From Amoebophrya sp. A120 (taxonomy: Eukaryota > Protista > Dinoflagellata), in contig CAJINV010000021.1 in the NCBI GenBank assembly GCA_905178155.1, forward strand, positions 287,760 through 351,759: a stretch of 64,000 nt of DNA. The letters run 5' to 3'. The translations under genes and the position numbers were made by a program. Under the pieces are notes generated by a model that was not told the origin of the DNA, searched no databases, and saw only the letters and a program-made list of their open reading frames with translations. The number at the start of each line of letters is the position of its first letter. Positions within the stretch are counted from its first letter, which is position 1. Shown piece after piece: positions 37,801 to 48,354 of this stretch.

Positions 37801-40800
37801 CTGCCGTGCCCACTGCATCACACAGGTAGATGCCCAGAAATGAGATTTTTTGGGGTGCTCTGGTTGCCGCCCAGTCGTTGATGATGAAATCTGCCCACCA
37901 TCTCGCGGCCACCATCGTCACCGGGGTCTGACCTGAGAAATTACGGGAAATAGGATGGCACGCGGACTATAAAAGTGACCAAAAAGTGTCGTAGTCGTTG
38001 TTATCGGTTTCGGCCAGGGCCTCGGAAATCTGGCCAATTTGACCAGCAAAAGTGGCCATTTTTCCGAAGCCTCCGGGCAAACCGATAACAAGCACCCTTT
38101 TTGGTCACTTTTATAGTCCGCGTGCCCTCGTGCTACGTGTCTGTTATCGGTTTCGGCTTGACCACCCCACCGTGATAAAAATCTGTTATCGGTTGCGCTT
38201 TTGGCATCGCGCCAAATCCAACTTTCGCAAAGTAGACCCATAAACTTGAGCTAGCCACGACCTGAGTCGGACTATAAAAGTGGCCAAAAATGGTGCTTGT
38301 TATCGGTTTGGCCTTCTGAACCGATAGCAGACACCTAAGCACGGTGGCACGCGGACTATAAAAGTGCCCAAAAATGGTGCTTGTTATCGGTTCTGCCGGA
38401 GGTCCGGCAAAACGAGGGCACTTTCCCCCCCCAGAAAGGAGGTCCGGAGGGCCTCCGGACAACAAGCATCCCCCTTGCCCAAAAAAAAACCCAAAGAAAC
38501 TAGGAAACAGGGACGCCCACAGCTCTCCAAGCACTCCAAAAAGGAGTCCTTGTCAGCGCGCCGCTTCGCCAGCTTGGCGAGCGGATCGCCCTCGTCGATC
38601 TGCTTCTTCTTTGCCATGTCGATCAGCTCGTTCTTACACCCAAACCACCCCCCCTCGCACTGACAGCAGACGCGTCGCCGCCTATCAGCTTCCGGACATG
38701 CTTTGCAAGCACTCGCAGCCACACTGTTTTGTTGGCGCAGTTGGCAAGACAATATCCAGATCGGACGCGGAGTCTGGCCTGGGGTGACTGCGCGACACCG
38801 AACCGGAACACCACCGCCTCGAGATCCGCCGCGTCAAGTCTGCCGTCTGCTGCCCCAGAAGGATGACCAAATGCACACAACGAAATCAAAATAATCATGA
38901 CCGAAGATAGCTACCTCACTATCTAATTTTGAAAAAATTCTCGCTTTCGTTTCAAATTCTTAATTCGATAACGATAACAGATTTTTGCTCGATAAACCAG
39001 CCCCCGCACGCTAAAACCTACGCCTTCGTCAACTTCATCAACGAGGACGTCGCCCGCATCTTTTCAAATTTTGATAAGTGGCTGCCCACTTTCCAAATTT
39101 TGAAAAGATGCTGAAGGAAACATCTTTTCAAAATTCGACAACCCGAACAGCGCAAATATCAAATTTTGAAAAGATGCTCTTTCTGCATCTTTTCAAATTT
39201 TGATTGATAGGTGGCTGCTCACTCTCCAAATTTTGAAAAGATGCTGAAGGAGACATCTTTTCAAAATTTGACAACCTCAACAACGCAAGCACTTGCTTTG
39301 TTGAGGTTGTCAAATTTTGAAAAGATGTTTCCTTCAGCATCTTTTCAAAATTTGACAACCTTTTTGACAACCCCTTTGATGAGGTCTCCCAAGAGGCTAT
39401 TAACTTAACCTAATCCGCATGGTATGGTGGATTTTGATGAACCTGTTTGGGAACCTCTTTGGTGCGCCTAGACAGAGAATTGTTGACGAAAGTCCAAGGC
39501 TTTGGCTTGCGCTCCAGCTGGCGGGTCGCCAGATGGTAAGCAAAGCCGTGCCTCTGGCGACATTTGTTTGCTTGCCTCTTTTGTGGCTCCGAAGATTGCG
39601 AAGATGCCCCCTCAGCAAGTTTGCGAATTTTGAAAGCCACGCAGAAGAGTAGGCTGCTCACCCTTTCCGCGGCTGTCGAAATTTGAAAAGATGCGCTGGT
39701 AGTATCTTTTCAAATTTTGGAAGCCACAGAAGACTGAGCTGACCTCCCTTTGCGTGGTTTCTCAAATTTGAAAAGATGGTCCTTCTGCATCTTTTCAAAT
39801 CCTGAAAACCACAGCACAGCCAGCTGCTCTCCTCGTCTGCGGCATGTAAAATTTGAAAAGATGCTCCTTCAGCATCTTTTCGAATCTTGGCAACCTCAGG
39901 ACAGAAAACGGATCGGCTCTTCTGCGGCTTCGAAGATTGAAAAGATGCTCCTTTAGCATCTTTGCAAATTTTGAAAACCACAGACGCGTAAGCCGACCCC
40001 GTCTTCTGCGGCTTCAAAAATTGAAAAGATGCTCCTTCAGCATCTTTTCAAAGTTTGAAAAGCACAGAAGAGCAGGCGACCCTCCTGTTTTGCGCCTTTT
40101 GAAATTCGAAAAGATGTTCCTTCAGCATCTTTTCAAATCCTGGAAACCACAGAAGAGTAAACTGCTCGGGTCTCTTGTGGCTTCGTTATGGAAAAGATGC
40201 TCCTTCAGCATCTTTTCAAATTTTGCAGGCCAAAGGCCACGCGCTTCAGATTTGAAAAAATGCTGAAAGGGCATCTTTTCAAATCTCAAGAACCACAGGA
40301 GAGCACAGCAACTTTTTCGCCTGTTGGTTTTCAGATTTGAAAAGATGCGCCCCGAGGTATATTTCCCCGCTTCAGCCGTGTCCACATTTGAAAAGGTTGC
40401 GCCATGAAGCACGAGCCACCTCGTCAGGGGTTGCTCGCTCCTCAGGTCTCCCAGATCTCTCGACCCCTTTGGCTTCTCGGACAGCTGTGGTCTGTGCGCG
40501 CCTCCCTATTCTACCTAGACCTCCCATTCCAGTTGGCTTTTCCGGGTTTCCCAGCCTACGCCGCCTGTCCTCATTTTACTGGGCGCGCGCCAAGTCCTGA
40601 ACCGCTAGGGGTTTGGGAAGCTGCGCAGAAGATGCGGCGGGCGTTGTTTCCGAATCAGGCCCAAGCCAGGCCGGGGCAGATAAGAGGGGAGGCGCAGCCT
40701 TTCGCTCGGCTGCGCTTTGTCGAGGGTAAATTGGCCGGGGGCATTTTCCGCGTTTGTCGCTATTGCCGGGTGCCTTTCCTTACCTGCGCAAGCAGAGGCG

Positions 40801-43800
40801 CGCTCAGGGCCCATGGCCTCATATGATTGGGAGGCTCGTTTGGGTGGCTTTTCTCTTTGGGGTGTTTGGCTTGCGTTTCTGCCCCGGGCCTCGGGGCAGA
40901 AATAGGGCAGCCCGGCTTGACGCGTTTGCAAAGGCGGACGCGCAGCCGCCATCGAAGAGGCGCTACCCGATAATCGGCGAGGGCGCCGAGCAATCAACTG
41001 GCCAAAATTTGAAAAGATGGGCGAAAAGGTGGAAATTTTAGGGCCTTCATAAAACCTACGCCTTCGTCAACTTCATCAACGAGGACGTCGCCCGCTCGTT
41101 TTTGCTGCGCGCCGCCAAGGGCGAGCTGGCGGCGAAAACCTTCCGCCGGGTGAAAATTGCGGCCAAGCAGGGGTTCGCGCGACAGCTGCAGAACTGGGTG
41201 AATCTAGATACAGAAAAGGATACGGGAAAATTGAAAACCTACGAGGACGACCAAGGGAAGGTCAGGACACGGACCACGGGCAGACAAGTGGCCGGTTCGC
41301 AGAGTATAAGTTGTGTAGTTGTTGTGTTGTTGACCACTGAATTTCTTAATGATTGAAGATAAAGTTATGCTCTTGAAGATATTTTTGTCTACGAGTACGA
41401 CCTCCATCGATCTCCAACTCCAAGTTCAAGAAGTGTCTGTTCTTTCCACTGCAACTTTGTGATATTCGGCGGCGATCGTAGGTTTGTGGATCGTTAACAT
41501 CTACGAAATGAAGATTTTTGAAAGGATAAGGAGTGGCAGAAGATCGCATCATCTTCACCGGCAAAGCACGAAGATTCTCGTCGCGCTACTCTAACTCTTC
41601 ACCTTTACAACCTGCAAGTAGTCCTCTATTGCATGCGTATTTGTAAAATGAAAAAAACTATACAGTTCTTGGAATTTCCCGCACGGCGCGCATCCACAAT
41701 AGCCACTTCGTACCCTTGATTTTCAAGCGGTCTCCACAGAGCGAGCCGGCAATGGCCTCGCAGGTGTCGTCGAGGATGCCTTCTAGTACGGACGCCGGAA
41801 TATTAAATCAAGGTGAACATCAAGGTCCTGCTCTGCGCATGCGCACCCCCTACGTGAGCCACGCGTTCCGATTGACCCCTGATTTTCCGAAAAACTTGCT
41901 GGCAGTGGCGCTGGACGTGGAAGGGCCGTACTTGCGCGAGCACGACGTGCGAAAGAACCGCGTCCCGGTTTATCGTGCGGAAAAATCCCCCCTCCCCATA
42001 TTGAGAAGGTATATTTTCGAAAATTTGCGTTGCTGATTTGAGGTCGCAAATCACACTTGTCTTGCAAGAAGAGAAGGGCAGAAGCTGCCGCCCCATTATG
42101 GAAGCGGCTTGCCATGCTGTTGGGCCTAAAGGGCAGCCGTTTGCCATGCTGAACAACTAGACCCATACGCCCCACCTAGCCTGGGGCTCTGGCCGCAGTG
42201 TCTCTCTGGAATACAAAGCTGATTTGTGTACACAAGTCCAGCATCAGAAATTCCTTTTTGATATGGGGAGGGGGGATCTTTCCTCACAATACGGTTCCGG
42301 ACGGGTACAGTTCGCGGGCGTGGCGCAGCCTCGGCTGGATCGTAGAGCAGTGGTATTACAATGAAAAATGCCCCCACCCCCAAACTTGAAAGCATTTGTA
42401 TTGCAAACCTTTCCAAATGAAACATTCGCCCTCTTGCATGTATCAGTACACAGATTTCCGATCGTGAATAGCAAAAATTTGTATTGCAAAAGATCCCAGC
42501 AAGAGCGGTGCTTGTCATGTAAGCGATGCGAAACACGACTACAATCTGCATCAGAAAGATTCATACTCCTTTCATGCATGACAAAAAGTTTTCATTTGGA
42601 AACTTCGCATCACAAATTTTTGCAACTTTGGGGTGGGGGGCACTTTTCACTGTAATAAGTGGCGCCGCGGGTGGGTGTACGCGGACGAGCGGCAGAGGTC
42701 GTTGTGCGCTGAGTACCGACTGAGCCCCTTCGCCTATCTTGCGTGGAAACGCCTCCGGGCCACGCGAGGGATGTACCACGTGCCGTTTCTGCCACTGTTG
42801 CCGGATGTTCTGCCGCAGCCTCACGGCACGACTGGTGAAGAAGATGAACAACGTCAGGGTCGTGATGCTTTCTCGTCGAGTGCTGTGCACTTTGTCAGCA
42901 AGGGCGTGCGATTTACAGAGGAAACCGCAACGGCCTTGTTAACCGCCCTCGTGAAGCCAGAGAACCTCGCAAAAGTCCGATTTCCCTTCCCGAAGCAGGC
43001 CAACAGAAACCTGTGGCAGAGGATTCAAGCCGGAGAAGACGGGAAGAGCGCACTTTCAGGTACGGAGTGTATTAGGATCTACAACAGTACTTGCTATGTA
43101 TAAAGTAGAATGATAAATTGGATTTTTACTCTCGGTTGTTGATAAGGTTGAGATGCAGGTCATTTTTCATCCTGTAATAGTGAATGACGGCATCCAATAC
43201 AAATTCTAATTCTCATCTTCTTCTTCCTTCAAGTTGTACATAGATGATCATGATGTGTTTCTCTACTTAGCGTTAGCAATCTTTCAAGCCGTGCAACCTT
43301 TTCCTTCAGGTGTTAATTGTACTCCTGAAGACCACGAGCAACAAGATGCAAATGCGGCTAGACCAAGAAGTAGACCATTGGAGCAGCAGCCGCAGCCTGA
43401 ATTCAAGCCGTTTGAACCGAGCGAGACATACAAGAAGTTTTTGGCGCAACACGGGCATCATGATGCAGCAACCGGCTACGCACCTGTCCTGGATGCTATG
43501 ATGAAGGACACAGTCTTTTTGGAGTCAATGAATCGCACCGTTGGGGCGGAAGCATCCTGGTTTCGAGAATTCTGCAGCCAACAAGGGCAAGAACCAGCTG
43601 CGTCTTCTGAAAGAACAAGAAAAAGTGGCACAACATCCAGAAATTCGGCCGGACGATCTTCTGGGTCTGGCGCAGCACCACGTATGCCTGCTGCATCCGC
43701 CAGCTCCGCCTCGGCCGCGGCCGCACCACAATCGAAAAAAGCCCCTAGAAATTATGCCACCGCTGCATCAGCACATGGTGCGTGTGGACCAGACGCGAAG

Positions 43801-45003
43801 GAAAAGAACGAAAATACGCGCCACAAAAGTAGCGGGACGGGCAAGGACGCGGCCACTGCGAGCAGTAGTAGAACTGCGGGTGTTGAAAATAAAAGTCGTA
43901 AGCCGATGTTGAACAGGAACCTGGAACACAAGAACAGTGCTGCTGTTGATCGTCAGCAGGACGGGAAGCAGGGACGATCACAACCCTCCACTGAAGATGT
44001 GCCGACGTACGTTGAAGGCTGGGACCACGTGGCCGCCCCTTTTCCCTCCGATGGAAAGGTGCATAATTTGCCACGGCGCGGCAGCTCCGACTCCATGGCG
44101 AGCACCAACACCGGCGGACTAGCGTCGATTGTCACTACGCCCGTACTCGGGCCAGCTGCTCCAGGTACGTGGTAGAGTTATTTTAATTTCAATTGGAAAT
44201 GGAAAGTACAATTAAGTACAACTAGCACTAGTACTAGTAGCTTCAATGACTTGTTTTCCCCATCGATCGTCCCCGTTGTTCATTATATGCATTTGGTTTA
44301 TTCCGTTTCCGTCGAAATAGAGTTGCTTCGTGTCTGTCCTCTAATCCCCAATAAGTGTTGTAGTTGAGTTGTTGAGGGCGTGCACTAATTAATACCTTAA
44401 AAAATTTTTTTCTTTTCAGGGAGCGGAAGAAGGGATCTGGATCATGCGACAGGGAACACGAGCACGAGCGACTCGTCTAGTGATACAGAAACTGCTTCTG
44501 AACAAGTAGATGGCCAGTTGGAGCACATCGAAATCCCGCAGCAGCACGAGTTGTACGTCGACCAACGGCTCAACAGCCAAGGTCGAGGTGAACGTGAACA
44601 ACGAACCGGCACCGCAACTAGCGAAGTTGCTTCCGGTAGAGGGTCCGAGCGACCAACAGCCGCCGATGTGCTGCCGTGTCTTGGACGACAACCACTCGCC
44701 CAACGGAGTTTTACCTACCCCTGTGGTGGAGCAAGTTCCGCACCTGCTGCAGAAGGTCAACGTGGAGAGGGATCCCCGAGGATGAGGACGACGAGCAACG
44801 ATGAAGAACTGAAGCAGCGGGACGACAAAGAACCGCAACACGAACACCAGGAGGAGCATAGTGGGATCATGAGCCCACAGGCGTTCGTGAGAAACACTTT
44901 CCTAACCGTTGGAAATCCACACGCAGCAACACCGCTGGCCGCAACAAGTGCGAGAAGGGGCGCGGGAAACCGCTCGGCCACGGTACCACCGCACGGACCA
45001 TAA
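34808..45003 (+). CDS. Mei2-like RRM-domain RNA-binding protein, heavily interrupted
   Basis: Reconstructed RRM: VTSLMLDLIP...MM|YDLDDLGYYGLYDF|LHV...TYAFVNFINEDVA...VKIAAKQG, resembling Mei2 RRM3 (TTxMxxNIP, YDFxY, YAFxNF, AxxQG). C-terminal VRNTFL motif. GT-AG introns 36089-36352, ~43060-43309 and ~44165-44419, another near 41261-41739, plus six TIR elements. Confidence 0.72.
35394..35469 (+). repeat. Exonic tandem duplication, period 39 bp (MQMASNMRQPQ x2)
   Basis: Two identical 37-nt copies of agatgcagatggcgagcaacatgaggcagccgcagca. Confidence 0.9.
36723..36973. mobile_element. Introner-like intron, TIR family A
   Basis: TIR tatgcattgcaaatatgtctgggtctggaa / ttccagacccagacatttttgcattccata and perfect direct repeat gatgt. 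Frame restored. Confidence 0.9.
37020..37327. mobile_element. Introner-like intron (TAT...ATA class, distinct TIR)
   Basis: TIR tatggatctgtcaggattgaaatcg / cgatttcaaacctgacgcttccata and perfect direct repeat acttc. Joins YDF|LHVK. Confidence 0.9.
37470..38994. mobile_element. 1.5-kb TIR element (TAT...ATA ends) flanked by a 54-bp exon duplication
   Basis: TIR tatcgaacaaaaatctgttatcgttatcg / cgataacgataacagatttttgctcgata. 37414-37467 is identical to 38995-39048. Internal direct and inverted repeats cggactataaaagtg-ccaaaaa and tgttatcggtt at ~37960-38395. Confidence 0.9.
39057..40400. repeat. Array of palindromic units TTTGAAAAGATG-N(~8)-CATCTTTTCAAA
   Basis: About a dozen units. Seven are regularly spaced at 39685, 39770, 39855, 39939, 40023, 40108 and 40191 (83-85 bp period). 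Confidence 0.9.
39057..41019. mobile_element. 2-kb TIR/foldback-like element followed by a 46-bp exon duplication
   Basis: TIR catcttttcaaattttg / caaaatttgaaaagatg. 39012-39057 is identical to 41050-41095, after 30 nt of filler. Confidence 0.85.
41971..42291. mobile_element. Introner-like intron, TIR family B, opposite orientation to 6012-7568
   Basis: Family B TIR and perfect direct repeat cggtt. Interior 41971-42125 is the reverse-complement homologue of ~7415-7568. Joins NRVPV|PDGYS. Confidence 0.9.
42354..42657. mobile_element. Introner-like intron (TAT...ATA class, distinct TIR)
   Basis: TIR tattacaatgaaaaatgcccccacccc / ggggtggggggcacttttcactgtaata and perfect direct repeat agtgg. 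Joins EQW|RRGW. Confidence 0.9.
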
Positions 45004-48000
45004 CGTCCTACACCTAGTACTACTTCATCGTTCGGCAGGAGTAATATGCGTCCTAGTAAAAATTAAAACTTAAACTACTACAACTTCATCGCTCGTCGGC
45101 AATATTTGGGTTTCCGCTATCGGGGTCGTGGGTCACTGCATGTGCATGCTGCAACGCCGTTGAGCTCTTCATGCTCATCGTTCACTTGTTCCTGTGTGCC
45201 CCAGCGGCTGTACCGGTACTATTAACCACGCAAGAGGAAATGGAAATGGGTTCAGGAAAACTTCTTAAGTAGAGAGGCCCGTTGGTCATAGACGTGAACT
45301 TGTACGATTCAGCGTCTCGACGTCCTATGATCATGTCATGTAACACTAAAAGTGCATCCCTCTATTGCAATCGCTTTCGCTGTATCGACATACCGAGGCG
45401 GTCGTATGCTGGGGCACTGGGGCAGCTACTGACGAATGAAAAATAAAGGAGATTTCCTCTTGCAAAAATCTATAATGAAAGATCGCTGCATTACTTTTTA
45501 GAAAGACGCCTTGGAGGGCTCAAATAGTCCTTACAAGAATCGGTACTAGTCTTGAGGTCTGCATTTTTCGCCATGGTCTCTGTATGGAGAAAGCTACTCT
45601 TCAACGATCGCCAGTACGAACTGGCAGTCCAGTTCGTTAAACACGGCGCGCGGAGGACGAGAAATAAGCACTTACATCCAAATTCTGAAGAATCTTGAGG
45701 GGGGCGACCGCGACCGACACACACGATATGGCCGGTTGGCTTGTTGTGACACCCGTCGGCTCGTCGTCTTCCATTTGCTTTTATTTTGGCAAAACTCATA
45801 CTGGTGATCGTCTATGACCATATGCGAGGCCGCAAGACTTGCCGATGCACCAGCTTTCCGTTTTTCTTTCCTGCGTTGCTAGAATCAAAGCGATTACAAT
45901 GGCACAGGATTTTCTACTAGGAGAGTAGAACATGAACAGACTCGCTGACTAAGTTATTGTATCGCCCAATTGACATTAAATGGCCCACGTTTTTTTTTAT
46001 GCCAACAACATCTCATATACTATTTTTTCAAAACGGAAACAAGAACAACAGACACCGTCGTGGCTAGCAGATAGCGCCGTGGTTTTCCATTTTTAGATGG
46101 CTAGCAGCTGCTAGTATTAATTTGTTGTTTTGAGCTGATCAGGTCTTGACAAAAAGTGCAAATATGAACCAAAAACGAAGATACGGCTATGAAGAGCGAT
46201 CGACTAAAGTTTTTTGTTTTGACTCACCGCAAGACTCTTTCTGCGACCCGCTATTTCTATTTGATAGTGGAGCACGCAGCTATGTCTTGCAAGCCGCTGC
46301 GTGGGTTTCGCTTCTGCCACCCTTCATCGCCATTTAAGGTGGAGGGGGTCAGACAGGTTTATATTCTATTTCGGAAACATTTACCTTTTCCGGGAATACA
46401 GGCTACGAGTGCGACGTACGACTCGTTCTACAGAAAAAAAAAACCAAATCTTGTCGGCGTTTTGAGAACATAGCTGGTGACATTACTTACTACAAGAAGG
46501 ATTCCTCCTCCTCTCGCACGCATGAGTTTACTTTTTAAGTATCGTATTCTTCTACTTACGTAGCCTCCAGATGAACCTTCGAAAACATTTTTTCCGAAAT
46601 ATTGCAAGCTGCATGGATCATGGCCAGAAAATACCCATGTATCTATTCTTCCTTCCACCTCTAAGTACCAAGATTTTTGCGAAACGCAAACGGCATTTCA
46701 TGTGTAAACAGTCACGCTGCACCGAGACCGACGGCCGGCACCCGGACCTCTTGTCGCATCATTTGCGGAAAAAAAATTGGTGTTGAAGGAGTGTTGTAGA
46801 TGGGAGCAACTGAGGAGCAGGTGGCGGTCGTCTTTGTTAGGAGGGATGAATGATTGTAACTACCTTCGACGCCAGCGCCAGGAGGGAATTGCAATCCAGA
46901 TTCCCTCGTCCGACGTTGACGCAACTGTATCTGTACCTAGGTCTTCTTCTACCTTCCACAGTCAACTGAACGAAGAACAGCAAAGACGAGTTCTTTTAGC
47001 CTACTACGAAATGGAATAAATCCAAGCCGCCGCATCTAAACATGTGAAGTAGATCGGAGCATGACAGATACATCGGAAATATGTTGTTTCACATCATGAC
47101 CGAAAGAAAAAAAAATCAAAATGGAATGAAATTCAACTCGAATTTGGAAGAAATGGAAATAAAATGCATTGAAAGATTTACTACGCAGTCTCATACAACA
47201 AGAGTTGTTTGCGAAATAAAACGAGAACAGCTCGCGCCTTCTTCGGCATGGCTGGATCATGAGCACCATGATCATTTGCTCAGGCTGCTTCGTGGTGATT
47301 CATTTATGATCCATGCCCGTCCGACGAAACAAGCTTCATCTGCATAATTATGCCCACAACGAACCATAGGTGGGTTTCCAAATATGATTTTATGATTTTT
47401 TTTTGCAGCTGTAGCACTCATGATTTCAGAACTTGAGCACAAGAAAGAAAATTTTTACCTTTCCAGCGTAGCTCCTCGGAGCATAGTTTTATAGCCCACT
47501 CCAGCTCAGCTCCTCGGAGCGTCAGTTTTAGTTTCTTTAGTTTTAGTCTGCAAAAAGTTTAAGCGTTAGTTATCTCTCTCTCAGTTCCTGCATTGAAACT
47601 TCTGACAAACGCAAAACTGTTTTAAGGCCGACGTGGTGGTTAGGATTGCCTGACTGCTGCGTTGAGCCCGGCTCGCGTGGCTGCGCCACGTGCGCCGACA
47701 CCTCTGATCTCTGATCTGCAGGATGAAGATTTTTTCTGCCTATAGTGAAAAACGCACAAGGGTGATCGATAAATACGAGAAGTGAACAAGATGTTGTCGC
47801 GGGAACTCGATCAAAGTGCGCAACTCCTTGTGTTTTTACATACATACCTAGTAAACATCATTTTCATGTTGTTTTGGTTCCCCATGTTGATGTTGTTCGT
47901 CCGTCTTCGTTATCCTCATTCCATCGCGCCATGTTCTTGTTCGTCAAGGTTGGTTCATCTTTTTTACACTCTTAGACACCGACGTAGGATGATTTTGATT

Positions 48001-48354
48001 AGTACCACTCAGCAGGGAGCGAGGGGGATTCCAAAGAAGAGAGCGAAGACGAGCAGAAGCAGTGTGGAAGAAAGATGCTGCTAGGCTTAGCGATCGATAT
48101 CAACGATATTGGAAGACCATCTGGTGAAGATCATTGTTTTTCGGGGCTTCTGGGATCTTGAGTACTCCCCCGCCCTTGTTGCTGATGAAGAAAAAAGAGT
48201 TGGCTCCACTTGAAGCATTATGCCATATGTGAATACGTAGACCGATACCGAAAGCATAAAAAACAGTCATGTAGCTTTATCGTTCTCGTCGTGAAAATTG
48301 CACCAGGCACGTTTATTTCTACACATCTTCGTGATTTGTTTGATTTTGCTGCAG

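Noticed and set aside
39057-40400. Bona fide CRISPR array
   Set aside because: Eukaryotic context, no cas genes, spacers share arms with each other, and the repeat equals the host element's TIR. Kept only as a CRISPR-like array.
45060-47400. Short ORFs as genes or a transposase remnant
   Set aside because: No convincing motif, ORF continuity or terminal repeats found by eye.
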